Shown: positions 14,102 to 27,524 of the stretch, piece after piece
How positions within the stretch are numbered: position 1 is the first letter of the stretch
Layout of the letters: each line of letters starts with the position of its first letter
Origin: Octopus sinensis
Lineage: Eukaryota
Direction: 5' to 3'
Assembly: GCF_006345805.1 (NCBI RefSeq)
Contig: NC_042998.1
Coordinates: forward strand, 149,606,001-149,670,000
DNA: 64,000 bases
Notes under the pieces: model-generated
What the model was told of the DNA's origin: nothing
Database searches by the model: none
Seen by the model: only the letters and a program-made list of their open reading frames with translations
Program-made: the position numbers and the translations under genes

Positions 14102-14922
14102 ATATGCGTGTGTACTTGTGTATGTGGGGTGTGTGTGTGTGGTGTGTATGTGTGTACGTGTGTGTGCATGTACGTGCGTGTAAATGCGAGGTCTTCGAGA
14201 GCAGCAGAAAGGTGAAAAAAAAAAGAAGAGAAAAGCGGAGGAGGGCGCCGCTAATGATGAGAGTGACGACGACGATAATAGCGTTAGTGCGGCAAAGAAA
14301 AAGAAGAAGAAAAAGAAGAATATAATAATGATGATGGTTTGCGAAGCGGCGGGCCTGGCCGAGTACAGTACTATTATTTCGTGATTACATTTCTGAGTAA
14401 GGCGCCAAATGTACGCAATGGAGAAAGTAATTGGAGTTTTTGGCATTTACAGAACACAGCCAGACTGTCCGTTAGTCTCTACGTTGTCTGTATGTATGTA
14501 TGTATGTATGTATGTATGTATGTATGTATGTATGTATGTATGTATGTATGTATGTGTGCATGTATGTATGTATGTATGTATGTTTGTTTGTATGTATGCA
14601 TATATGTAGGTATGTATCTATGTATGTATATGTGTCAAAATGTATATGTATATATGTGCATATTTGAGTATGTATATGCGAATGTAAGTATATCTGTCTA
14701 TCTCTCTCTCTCCCTCTCTCTCTCTCCATCTATCTATCTAGATCAGTTTATATGTATGTGTGTGCGTGTGCGTATATATATGCCCACAATCACATGCATA
14801 AATATTCTTATATTCTTATATATGTGTATTCTTGAAGATTTGATACCAACAACAGCAACAGCAGCTGCAGCAACAAAAACAAGAAAAAGAAGAATGGATA
14901 TACACTCACACTTACATATTTA

Positions 14923-14966
<44 letters not shown>

Positions 14967-15113
14967 AATATATGCATATATACATACATATATGTACATA
15001 CCTACATATATATGTGGTATATATATATGTATATATGTATATATATATATACATATACATATACATATACATACATACATACATATATATATATTATATA
15101 TATTATATATATA

Positions 15114-15144
<31 letters not shown>

Positions 15145-15522
15145 ATTATATAGATAAATATATATATATATATACAAAATATATATATATACATATATAT
15201 GTATATAATATGTATATATATATGTATATATGTATGTATATAAATGTACGCACATGCATATATGTATACGTCTGTCAGTATGTCTGTCTGTATATACGTT
15301 TATATGTATGCTCGCCAGTCACTTCTTACATCCTCATCCGTTAGCTGCTACTGCAATTTACCGGAAAAGGAGCCTTAAGGCCGCTTGCAACATTTTCGTT
15401 CATAAATAGATAATATAGAAAATATAATATATTAATATCTCTCTACACACAAAGAAATAACGTACTCACATTCAAATATACTTATACATATATATATTTA
15501 TAAATGTATACAGATATATATA

Positions 15523-15568
<46 letters not shown>

Positions 15569-15599
15569 GCACATACATGCATTCATGTATATATATATA

Positions 15600-15740
15600 T
15601 AGACGTAAACGTGGCTCTCTAGTAAGAAGTTTGCTTCCCATCTGCATGACTCTATGCCTAATCCGACCTTGTAGCACCTTGTGCACCTGTCTCCTACTGT
15701 AGACTTGGAACTGCCAAAACCTTGTGAGTGAATTTGGTCA
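15600..15740 (+). mobile_element. Degenerate SINE S1 head/core
   Basis: gtggctctctagtaagaagtttgcttccc..gcaccttg..aaaaccttgtgagtgaatttgg. Confidence 0.55.
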
Positions 15741-15857
15741 TATATAAATAATTATATTTATATACATATACCTGTTTGTGTCTCTATGTCTCTTGTCCCT
15801 TACCGTTGCTTGACAATCGTTGCAACTTTAGCGGTTTGGCAATGACCGCAGTCTAAT

Positions 15858-15928
<71 letters not shown>

Positions 15929-15930
<2 letters not shown>

Positions 15931-17210
15931 CTTTCTTTACTGGCCACACAGGGCTGATCACACAGTGGACTAATACAAATGTAGAGCTTTTCGAAAATGA
16001 AAAAAAAGGGGGGGGGGAATAAAATTCCGATCAAAAGGGATCAGGAGAAAATAAAAGACGATCAAAAAGAGTCGTATATCACAGAAGAATTTTAAAAATA
16101 TAAAAAGCAAGATTAGGTTTATCTGTTGAAAGAAAAGCCTACGGAAAAGACCACGGTAACCTCAGGCAGGGAGATAATAAACACATGAAAACAAAAAGCT
16201 CTCTCTCTCTCTCTCTTTTTCTCTTCGATTTCCAGGATCATGCTCATAGTTTTGTCTCTCGCACGCACCTTCTTTGCTACATTCATCCATCCTTTTTTTG
16301 AAACTTTCACGAGACAAAACCTGCCTCTCCATTTTCTCCTTTCTTTTCAAGTGGTACTTGAAAAAGTTGATGAGCGATTGGCCAGAGAGATAAGTGTTTG
16401 CCTCTAATTCTTTCGCCGAGTCTACCACACACATTCTTTCACCAGTACGATGAAGACTGCCTTGCCTCCTGGTTGAGGGAAGGTAGCGGAGCAATTTTCA
16501 CGATAGTCTCGGCCGACAGGTGGACTCGTCCTACACGTCACAGTAGCCGTTCGGCATAAGCCCATAGGTCCGAAATGGTAGACTGATCGAGTGTGTGCAG
16601 AACGGTTTCGTCGCTCTGACCGCATCTCGGGCAAGTCGGTCCGGTGTGTCTCAAACCGTGCCTGTAGAGCTTATCCCGAACAGGTAATGCTTCTCGATAG
16701 CACTGCCAGGTCAGTCATCTTTGATGATTGTTCATAGGTACCGGCCCGAAAGTTGTCCTGAACAGGCGAGTCAGGTGTTCTTCGTTGACGACCAGATTCT
16801 GCTCGAGAATGTCGTCGTACCTCCCCTCCACTAATCATCTGTAGAACGCCTTTGTTGTAATGAAGTCGCACGTTTGGTTTCGGACGGCAGAGTTGCTTGA
16901 GAGCAAGGCGACACTCGCGGTGCCATTCGCCTAGCCTCGGTCTCTGTTTGATCCACGACTGCAGTTCAGCCAAGGAGACGAGCTGCAGGAAAGCGCGCCG
17001 CACAAACGGTGACCACACCTTTTCACCGTCATCTGAGAAGCACCGGAGATGTCGCAGTCTCAGTGCATGTCTGCGCATCATCAATCACGGCATACCTAGC
17101 GCTCCATTTAGCGAGTGTTGACAGCAAATGGGTCGCCAAACGATCGGAACGCTTCCCGTGGCTAAATACTCAACAATATTTAGTACAATAGCGGCTCATG
17201 AAGTGAAGTA
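15929..17210 (-). mobile_element. L1/Tx1-clade LINE, 3' ~1.3 kb (ORF2 C-terminus with zinc finger, putative T-rich 3' UTR)
   Basis: Joined frames read GSVPIVWRPICCQHSLNGALGMP.LMMRRHALRLRHL..TKAFYR..TWQCYREALPVRDKLYRHGL..TCPRCGQSDETVLH..FFKYHLKRK..E..F.KRW; the 3' end abuts (ATCT)n. The UTR assignment is less certain than the coding part. Confidence 0.8.
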
Positions 17211-17749
17211 TAATCCCGTTGTTAGGAAGGTGAATTGATTTGTGGGAAGATTTCTCTCCAGTAAAAATATACCCCGCTAGTTATCACACTCGTTGCTCGT
17301 TAATTTGTAAATGAGTTAATTAAATGCAAAGTGAAATATAACCAGCGTGTGTTTTTGTTGGTTGAATGTCTTTCTGCAAATACAGAAGTGAGATCACGTA
17401 CAGGTCTGATTGACGTTGGGTAACCAAGGATTCTGTAATAATGAATTAAGTGTAGTAGTGTAGTTGGCATTACTGCTTAAAGCCAACAATTTGTGTGATG
17501 TGTGTGTAGGCATGCATGCTTGTATGTATGTATGTATGTATGTATGTATTTATGTATGTATGCACGTACGTATGTATGTTTGCATGCATGTTCTAAATGC
17601 CAGTAGACCCTTCTCCAAGACTCCGAGCCTTGTGCCGAAATTTGGAACCAATTTAGAGTAACTTTTGACCGGGTACCTACTTGGCAGTAAGGCTGTGAAG
17701 AAAAGAATCTTGTTTTAACAATTATCCTTTAAATCTTAAGAAATTGTTT

Positions 17750-17880
17750 CAGATTTTTATCATCCAAGATATTGCGATCATTTGCAGCGTATAAATTAAG
17801 GATTTGCATTCTCTCCCGGAGATCCCAAGTTCACCCATACTTTGCTTCACACGGGTTGGTATGTCTCCTATTGCTCCAAT
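17750..17880 (-). mobile_element. R4/Dong-clade C-terminal remnant
   Basis: IIGAIGDIPTRVKQSMGELGI resembles the VIGALG.IPK.L...LE.LGI tail seen at 22290-22360. Confidence 0.45.
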
Positions 17881-18084
17881 GATGTATGTATGTATGTATG
17901 TATGTATGTATGTATGTATGTATGTATGTATGTATGTATGTATGTTCTCATGTATGTATGTATCTATGTATGTACGTATGTATGTATGTATGTATGTATG
18001 TATGTATGTATGTATATATGTGTGTTTGCGTGTTTGTGTGTGTGTACATTTGATGCGTGTATGAATGCCTGCTTTCCCTCTCAT

Positions 18085-18400
18085 CTGTCGATGCTAGTCC
18101 TCGCATGCTTCACTAAACACACTTCAACTCACCGAGAGATCCGACAGCAACTTTCTGAATTAATTTTTCCCCTCCTGTCCAAACATTTTATAGAGGTATG
18201 GTCTCCAAGAGTTTTACATCTTTTTGAAGTCATAAATGAATGATGGACCTTCAGTTGAAACCAAAGATGAACGTGTTGTTTTCTCGAGAATATGACTAGT
18301 ATCTCCATTAATGACGTCACTGCCCTCAAAATCCTTTTATATAACCACGTGTCGAGCTTTTCATATATTTTTATATTGATTCCGCTGAGGTCAGCTTTGC
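18085..18400 (-). mobile_element. RTE-clade LINE 3' remnant, degraded
   Basis: KIYEKLDTWLYKRILR...KRCKTLG..GKINSE resembles the RTE 'KKLEAFEMW.YRRILRI..LGH..GKI.G' pattern. Confidence 0.5.
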
Positions 18401-18424
18401 TTTTCATCGTTTCAGGGCCAATAA

Positions 18425-18640
18425 AATAAGCACCAGCCGCACACTGGGGTCAATCTTATCGACTTAATCACCCTGTTGCAAAATTAATGGATTTGTACCA
18501 AAAATTTGAAACAATTATTTCTTTATATTTACATACGACAGTGAATTGGGAGAATCGTTAAAGCGTCGGACAAAATACAACTGTAGTTTTGGGTACTACG
18601 TTCTGACTTCAAATCACGCCGACGTCAAATTTCCTTCTTA
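18425..18640 (+). mobile_element. SINE family S2 fragments (tail piece, then head piece)
   Basis: accagccgcacactggggtcaat..atcgacttaatc and gagaatcgtta..tacgttctgacttcaaatcacgccgacgtc match the reverse complement of 52955-53182. Confidence 0.6.
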
Positions 18641-18648
18641 TAAGTCGA

Positions 18649-19036
18649 CTAGCAGCATAGCCTGGTGTTGCCCGGGTATGTAAGAGCCCCTAGTAGGCAA
18701 CGACTAATCCCAATCTAGTCCTTTCCCTCTAGGGAACGAAGGTGCATGTGTAGGTTGCAATGTCCTCTCTTCACTCCCAAATAACTATCAAACAGCTATC
18801 GATAATTCAACCCAACCAATTCCTACCAGGAAGAAATTACATTCGAGACTTTACCCCCAACACCGCCACTTCTGCTAATAGCTGCTGCAGCCGCAAGTTA
18901 TTCGAATACCTTTTTGTTTACACTTTCTTTATAAAGTTTCATCAGAATCGGTTGAAAGCCGTGGTCAGGGTGAGGGTACAACCTGACAGACACACAGACA
19001 CACAGATAGACAAACTGCCGTTTATATATAGAGAGA
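18649..19036 (-). mobile_element. Complete non-autonomous Helitron (Lep1-like)
   Basis: Minus strand reads A|TCTCTCTATATATAAAC...hairpin cccgggcaacaccagg..CTAG|T, i.e. inserted in an AT dinucleotide with no TSD; internal (GACA)n and aagtttcatcagaatcggttg motif. Confidence 0.85.
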
Positions 19037-19766
19037 TTATATAAAGAAGTAATCAAGATCCTGAGACTGATTCCGCCAACTAACTCCTCCTCCCAACTTT
19101 GTCAGCGTCAGAAAGAAAATTTATTCCTTTATAAAGGAGTCAACGAAGACATCTTTATATGATAGATCGATTTTGTTGAAACTGCCAGCAATTCACCCAC
19201 AAATCATAACCTACTTAAAAAAAAAGAATGAAGCTTGTACTGAACATTCAAGCAGGGCTGGCTGAATTGGGGAACAATATTAACAGCAACAACAACATCA
19301 TTTTCTCACTTATTGTCTCTTGTACGACGTTGTCCTTCGTATTACACTTCTTCGAGGAGAATGGACAATTTCTAATTGCGGCGTACAATTGGTTCCATGT
19401 GCTAGATTATTGGTGAATGGATGGAATATTAGTGGGAATGGTATTCACTGGAGGTTGTCAAAGTGCGTGATTCTATTTAGTATTCTTATGTAGAATACTG
19501 CCGTGTGTGTGTGTATGTGTGTGTATGTGTGTGTGTGTTGGTTGGTTGCTGGCAGCATAAGCACTCATTAGATGAGATATCAGTGTTTTGGAAGCACTCC
19601 TCTTGTGCACCAAACATTCGAAGTATTCAGACTCCAGTGGATGTCTTGGAGACAATCCTAAGATGTTCGCAATGGCAAACAAATAGGTTATTGTTGAGAC
19701 AGTATAAAAGCTAAAAGATATTAAAATTTCAAAGGTATTCAACGCATAACTACATATTAACGACAG

Positions 19767-19829
<63 letters not shown>

Positions 19830-20352
19830 CACAACTTTCAGGCAGACACGCTCGCACATACATATATTAATATATGCACAAACGCCCAGAAGCATTCATT
19901 AATGCTATATACACACGCACCACACACATACGCACACACATACACACATACACTCTCTCTCACACACATTGACAGGAACAAACTGGCCAATACTGAAAGA
20001 GATTTCCAATAAGACGGATTAATGATGGATTTAATCTGATAAATAAATGAATATGGCGGAAAGAAAATGGAAGAAAATAATGAATTATTAGTTATTTATG
20101 TGGGGGAAGAGGTGCAAGTGACTGGCAGCATTTTCACATCGTGAATTATTTGTACCTGCGGTTGTGCCTGCAAATATTGGAATTCCGAAAACGCAGACAG
20201 AAGCTAAATACTTTTATGTATTTAGTACTGCGTTCAACCGTTGATGCGAGCTTTAAAATCAATGATGATGACGTTGATGATGATGACGAGAAAGATGATA
20301 ACAACCACTATAATAACAATATGCGTTTTATCGCTCTCTACATCGTCTCGGG

Positions 20353-20704
20353 CAGTGATTCTCAACCAGGATCCGTATGCTTCCTGGGAGGTCCATATAA
20401 GGCTTTGGATGCCCACGCAAGCAAATTAGTAATTTGAAAATCCACAGTATTATTTTAAGGATCCATGAAAAAAATTTTGCTTTAGATGTATTTTTTGTAA
20501 GAAACAGCTAAGGTTCTATATCTAACGCATAGTTTAACGTTTCTTGCTAACGTATGCCTGTGAACGTGTGAAAATCAAAACAGGAAGTTTGAAAAAAGTA
20601 TCTAGTAAAATAGTTTGAAAAGCATCGAATGGCTATGAGGGTCACCAGAAAAAAATAGTAATTAAAGGGGTCCATAGGTAAAAAAAAATGGTCGAGTACC
20701 ACTA
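20353..20704 (+). mobile_element. hAT-type MITE
   Basis: TIR CAGTGATTCTCAACC at the left and ggtcgagtaccacta (rc tagtggtactcgacc) at the right; 8-bp TSD no longer recognisable. Confidence 0.65.
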
Positions 20705-21493
20705 TCGTTAGTTTCATTTTGAAAACAAAGTAATATCTGAGCTTTTATACATGTAGAACAGTTCAACCTTCCACTTTGTTCGCCTATAGACAAACACAAA
20801 TATTTAAGGCAATAAGCCGTAATTTTGCTATGCATATCTTTTCTTAACGGTACTAAATGTCATATTGCCTCACCATGCATTTAAAATAAAGGGCAATTGC
20901 AAAGAAATTACACAACATACCACACAACTAATCAGGATACAAATATATTAATAGATAATACATACATAGTTAATAGAATCTATTGGAGAAAAAAAAACGA
21001 GATTAGCTATGGAAGCAATAATGATATGTCCACACCAGGCTACTATTAACACACAAATATACGTCACAAACAAAATAAGAGCATCACCGATGTGTAGCTG
21101 TGACTGTAAATATACGAACCGATAACGTGGAACGATTATGGGGAAAATATAAATTTGATGAACTGTAAAACCCTAATAGTTAAATTCTGGCTGTAAAATC
21201 GGCATAAAACAAAATTCTGTCTCTAAGGTTTGTATAACCAAACCCGTCCACTTCAAAAAGTGGGCGTATAGAAGTCGTCAGCACTCCATATTCTGAAGTT
21301 TAGTGTGTGGCGTTGAGAACATTAAAAACTAAGAAGTTATGATACTCAGATACAAAAAAAGTAACACAATAAAAGCGAAAACATCTGAACATAGTATTTT
21401 TTCAATGTAATAATAATAACAACAACAACAACGATACTAATTATAATAATAACAACAACAACCACAACAATGATAATTATAATAATAATAATA

Positions 21494-21693
<200 letters not shown>

Positions 21694-21769
21694 GGAGAAG
21701 GTGTTGCATTGTAGATTCCCAAAGAATCTACCGCAAATATAGTAGCGCGAGATGTGGTTATGGATATGG

Positions 21770-22503
21770 TTGAGGAAAGTAAAACTGAAAAGAAAGACAA
21801 AGAGTTTCTTAGTAGCAGCACAAAATCAAGCATTAAGGATAAATTGGAAAGAAGCCAAGATTGACAAAATCCAAGTGTAGGTTATGCAAATCAAAAAAGG
21901 AAAGCGTTACTCATATAGTAAGTGAATGCAGCATACTGAAATAATACAAGAAAAGACATGACGACCTAGGGAGAGTAATCCACTGGGAGCTATGTAGAAA
22001 GCTAGGATTTGAACATACTGATAAATGGTATGAACATGAACCTAGTAAAGTACTAGAAAGTAAGAAATACAAAATGTGGGACTTCAATATTCAGACTGGC
22101 AGAGTAATAGAAGCTAGAAAGCCTGATTTAGTAGTAGTAGATAAAGAGAGTAGAAAATACCAGATAATCCACTTTACAGTTCCGAATAATGAAAAAATCA
22201 ATATGAGAGGTATAGAAAAATAGCTAAGAACCAGGACCTAGCTATTCAATAACAGAGACTATGGAAAGTGCGGGTAAAATGTATCCCAGCAATTATAGGT
22301 GCATTGCGAACTATCCCTAAAGATTTGAACAGATGGATAGAGGAAATAGGCATAACACCCAGTTTAGTACAGCTCCAGAAAACAGTGTTATTAGGGAGAG
22401 CTAGGATACTAAGGAGAGTTCTTGGCACCTAAGGCAACTTGTTGTAGCCCGATGTTAGGATGTTTTCTTTTGGAACAGTCTAATCTACTGTGTGAATATG
22501 AAA
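21770..22503 (+). mobile_element. R4/Dong-clade 3' fragment (zinc knuckle plus RLE) with short UTR, within (AAT)n
   Basis: FLVAAQNQAL..KCRLCKSKKESVTHIVSEC..KKRHDDLGRVIHWELC..WYEHEP..WDFNIQT..EARKPDL..LQKTVLLGRARILRRVLGT*. Confidence 0.92.
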
Positions 22504-22508
22504 TAATA

Positions 22509-22605
<97 letters not shown>

Positions 22606-22709
22606 AATAATAATAATAGCTTTTAACCTGAGGGTTTATTCTTTTAAGCTTAACGACAGATATATATACTTAGAGAGAGTGAGAGGGGGAGAGGGAGGAG
22701 GGAAGAGAG

Positions 22710-22788
<79 letters not shown>

Positions 22789-23214
22789 GATAGATAGATA
22801 GATAGATAGATAGGTTTGTCCGCGTGTTTTTTGTGTGTAATTGAAGCTGCGAAAACAAAAGTTCAATAAAGTACAATTAGTTTTCTTTCCTTTGTCGCTC
22901 TCTAAAATCTATTCAGATCATTAACCGACAGTAATTTCTACGTTATTTGAAGTTTAGAAAATTCCGAGAGCCTCGTCAATTAGAATTATATCGATCTCCA
23001 CTAAATCTCTGTTAATCTTGAAATATACGACACTTATCTCTAACTGAAAGAAGCAAGCAGTAAGTAAACTACAAAGTGAAGATCTTCAACATTTTAAACG
23101 GAGGTTGGCTCAAAACAATGATTACACTGTGTAACACGGTTTTTGGCCTGGTAGTAACTGTGATTTCCTATTTGCTTATCCTGAAAAAGTATGAAAAAAA
23201 CTTTGCTTTTAAGA

Positions 23215-23410
23215 TATTTATTCAAATCCCATAGAATCTCTCTCAACACATGGCTGTGATGATCCTCCACTACTCCTGTTCATGGTCAAAGATGCATAAA
23301 TTGTTCGCCACTGAGGGTCTACCTGAACTGGTTAAGGTCATACAACTGACAAGCAAATCTGTGGTATTGAACAGGATATTTGCTATAACGATATTTTTGC
23401 TTCAGCAACT
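23215..23410 (-). mobile_element. Family A repeat, upstream portion
   Basis: attcaaatcccatagaatctctctcaacacatggctgtgatgatcctccactac is the reverse complement of 1345-1410. Confidence 0.65.
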
Positions 23411-24494
23411 CAGTGCTGAATCTGTCTGAAATGTAATGGAAAATAGGTCAGTTTCAAAACATTGATATCCAGCTCATAAAAGTAATGCATAAGGGGTAAA
23501 AGTAGCCATTTCCTTTGATTTCTAGAGAGAAGCAAATAGGAAATAATACTTACTAACCAAAGACAAAATAAAATGAAAAAAAAAAAATAATAAAAAGAGT
23601 AAGAATTTTGTTACATAGTATTCTTTAACTGTGGAAATTTATTAAAGAAACAGCGATAAACCTGTGTGTAAAACATTTATAATATTTGCACAAACATGGG
23701 ATGGCCCAACTGCAATAGTTTACCTCGAAGGAGGTTCTCAAGGAAACTTTTGTGTTAAAAATCATAGGGCTTCACTCGAGGTGCTGCTGAAATAAGATAA
23801 TGCTACAATTAAGCACGAGATATTACACAGGAGAGCGGAGTAAACTAAATTTTGGATAGAACATGTTTATGAAAGTAACAATGGTGGTATATCTAGAAAG
23901 TTGGCAGATCGTCGAACAAAATATATTGAAACATTTAGTTGCGCGTCTTTACGTCCTTTGTTGAAATTCTGGTGGACTCAAATACTAGGATTGATGTAAA
24001 TGAATGTAACTCTTACCTTCTACATTGTAAGTTATGTTAGAAATATACAGGATGCCAAATAACGCTTCAGAAACGTTCCGACAGCAAACACAATGTTCAC
24101 CGGACCGAAGTAAAATAATAGCAATGGTTGAATATTAATTACATGGAGATCCCGTTACCTGCTTCTTGGCCTCACATGCACCACATCACTGGCTGTGTAA
24201 AAATATGGAAAGTTTATCTTATGCATCTTGCAGAATGGTAACGATATTAAGTATGCGATTTGAGGAAATTGTGGTAAACAACTATTTTTGGCACCATCTA
24301 TCAAAGTTAACAGAATTAAATTCCAGGAGTAAAGGTATTTTTTCGGAATGATTTTAGTGAAATATAATTATGCTGCTTCTGTTTGTTTTATTTGTGATGG
24401 TTTTAGCACCTGTTCAGTCTTCAAGACTGCATGGTATTCTCTTTTGTTCTACAAATATTTGGTATTCGATTTGTCGTTGTGTAAATATGTTTTA

Positions 24495-24800
24495 TGGTGA
24501 AGGCACGTGGCTTAGTGGTTAGCAGTATTCGGCTTATGATCGTATGATCGTGAGTTTAGTTCCCAGTGACGCATTGGGTCCTTGAGCAAAACACTTTATT
24601 TCACGTTGCTCAAGTTCACACAGCTGGCAAAAATGAGTAATACATGTATTTCAAAGGGTCGCTCTTGTAATATTCTGTGTCACGCTGAATCTGCCTGAGA
24701 ACTACGTTAAGGGTATACGTGTCCGTGGCGTGCTCAGTTTCCCGAGCAGGCTGTTCCATTAACCGGATCAACTGGAACCTCGTCGTCGTAACCATCGGAG
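24495..24800 (+). mobile_element. tRNA-derived SINE, family S3
   Basis: A-box gtggcttagtggtt; body tgtgtcacgctgaat..gagaactacgttaagggt..gagcaggctgttcc..cgtcgtcgtaacc shared with 39079-39461. Confidence 0.85.
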
Positions 24801-25469
24801 GGCTAGTAGTTAAATATACGTGCAACAATCAGTGATAACAGTTGTTGTGTATCTGTTAATATGGTGACATACATATATATAGGGAGGTACACATATCGTC
24901 AGGCAGATGTATAGCGAAGTACAAAGAGATGAGGATACACTTATAAAGGGTACTTAAAGAGGGAGATACGAATAGAGTGATGTACACCTATGAAGAGGCA
25001 CACATATATAAGGCACTACACGTAGAGTTAATGTACTCAAATAGTACGGGACACATATAGACAACATAAAAGTTTAACGAAATGTCCTATTTTCAATTGA
25101 ATTTTGCCCCTTTAATTAGATTCTAAATTATATATGGGAATGAAATGATGCGAGGTCCTTGCTTTTTACAAAAAACACTAGCGTCAACCAATAATAATTG
25201 CAAGCTGCAACCGGATATGTTTCTCTTGAGATTTATCATTTCATATTAAGAAGTTGCTATTGACAGCATTCTACGAGAGGCATCAGAAAAACACTTCCAT
25301 ATTTTACACGGCCATTGATGTGGTGCTAGAGATGTTAAGAAGGTATACACATATATAAGAATACATATGGTAGCAAGTTTCTGTGTTGTGTTATGCGCTT
25401 TTCCTTTTTTCAGTTTTCTAAACACACGTGTTAAAAATAATCCGCATATAAGTACTTATTTCTCTGCAG

Positions 25470-25748
25470 CGTTGACTATTTCCGGTGAAGATTGGGAAAT
25501 AGTATTCTTTTGCCTTTTGTAATTGAAAAATTTTCTTCTTTTGTTTTGCAAAAAAAAATTATTTTGAATTTTCCATTTGCACAAATGCCCAGATGTTCAG
25601 TAGGTGGAATGGTTCTCAGTGATGAAGCTTTGATTTGTTGCTCACATACCCTAAACCGATCTATTAATTTTGTTTCTGTTTCGCCGATATCATTCGCATT
25701 GCACTGTGGACATGTTATACGGTAAATGAGGTTTTTGTTTTGCAATTC
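25470..25748 (-). mobile_element. Penelope-like element, GIY-YIG endonuclease remnant
   Basis: QNKNLIYRITCPQCNANDIGET.TKL.DR.R..QQI...LR..P.TEHL.IC. Confidence 0.8.
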
Positions 25749-25799
25749 ATATACATACATACATACATACATACATACATACATACATACATACATACA

Positions 25800-26150
25800 T
25801 AATACAGTATGAACTCTCCTTTTACAACATGACAACATCCCACAATTCCTTTCCAGTACCAGTGCTGATTCCAACATCTGGGATACTTGACTGATCTATA
25901 GAAGAAATCCACTCCATAGACATTAAAACCCGCAAGATCCCAACATCAAATGGAAATCTCCATAGAAATAGTGATATTCACAGGCTCCACCTAAGAAGAA
26001 CTAAAGGAAGTAGGGGCTTCAGATCAGTGCAAACAGCCGTTGAAAGTTGCATGGTTATTCTCAGACAGCACTTGCTAAACAACAGTAGCAAAAATAAGTA
26101 CATTATCTTAGAGTGAAAAGTGTTGGAAATGAGCTCCTCAGGAAGAGAAT
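25800..26150 (+). mobile_element. R4/Dong-clade RT-thumb region fragment
   Basis: PVPVLIPTSGILD.SIEEIHSIDIKTRKI...GNLHRNSDIHRLHLRR..GSRGF matches the family pattern 'LDRKTRK..HPKADVDRLY.PR..GGRGL'. Confidence 0.75.
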
Positions 26151-26154
26151 ACTT

Positions 26155-27360
26155 CCGTGTAACGTCCTTCCTTTTTGTTTCAAATATTTCAGTTTTTGCT
26201 AGAACAATGGGACGTGGAAAGGGCCTTAGCGATGAAGAAAAGTCTGTCATCATCAATGAAAATGCTAAAGGCATCTCTCTTCATGTCATTGCGGAGAAGT
26301 TAGGTCGTCGTGTGGACACGGTTAGACGATTCTTGAAGGACCCTTCGCCTAGGAAGAAACAATCCGATTCTAGGACCGCCAAGACTGTGACAGCTAGGGA
26401 TTTAAGAAATATTGGCAACAAGTTACGTAGGAAATCTAGAGAAACAAACTCCGGATTTCCCCATGCTCCGAAAAGCACCAGAAATGGCATCCTCGAGACC
26501 ATGGCTTCTCTGCAAGAACCCCTGAATCTTCCTCCTTCAAGCCCCCCCCCCGTCACAGGAGTTTGAGGCTTCAATGGGCCCAAAAGTACATGGCATTAGA
26601 CATGAGTCGTGTTCTGTTCACTGACGAAACCAGGGCGACCCTTAACGGACCTGACGGTTGGGAAAATGGTTGGGTCTGTTTTGGAGATGAATCTCACCAA
26701 CGTTTACGACGTCGACAACAGGGTGGAGGAGTCATGTTGTGGACAGATTATCATTAGGGACAGATTTGTAGGCCTAGTCAGGGTGCCTGAAGGGGTGACC
26801 GCAGACGCTTACTGCGTCTGAAGGAGGTCTTTAACTCCTGGATAGATGACATACCGCTGTCACTTCTAAGGAATCTCGTATTCATGCATGACAACGCTCT
26901 CTCCCACTCTGCTAGGACCAGCCAAACATTAATAGGGTCTTACGGCATACAAGATGAAAGGTTGGTGGTGTGGCCGCCAGTATTTCCTGATCTCAACCCT
27001 ATCAAAAATTTTTGCTCCATCATGAAACAAGATGTTTATGCCGATGGGCAGCAATTCACGTCGAAAAATATCTTATGGGCGCCCATCAAAGCAGCAGCAG
27101 AGTCAATCCAGCATGCTACAACTAAAAGATTGACAGATTTCATAACTAATAGGAAATGGCACCCGTGTAGCTAAATAATTCATTACGTCAATAAATGTTA
27201 TAATACTATTTTGGTTTTCTGTTAAATATATACTCAATGTATGCTTTATATGTATCATTACCCTTCATTTCTGAAAAAAAAAAACAGTCTAGATGGACTA
27301 ACAGTGTACTTCACCCAAAAACTGAAGAATCTGAAATAAAAAAGAAAGGACGTTACACTG
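26155..27360 (+). mobile_element. Tc1-related DD37E (TRT-like) DNA transposon, near full length, with a pseudogenised transposase (ATG at 26207)
   Basis: ~45-bp imperfect TIRs (ccgtgtaacgtccttcc.. / ..agaaaggacgttacactg); MGRGKGLSDEEK..VLFTDETRATLNGPDGW..QQGGGVMLW..FMHDNA..WPPVFPDLNPIK, with 37 residues between D2 and the E position (mutated to K); frameshifts present. Confidence 0.88.
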
Positions 27361-27486
27361 AATAATGAAAACATAACAATGGTGTTGCCATACTGTGTAA
27401 ACCAGCTGGGAAAAGTTTTATCAAAATTGACTTACAGAAAACCGAGAAATCCTAAATTTCACTCCTAAGCTATTACCGTGGTTCTC

Positions 27487-27524
<38 letters not shown>

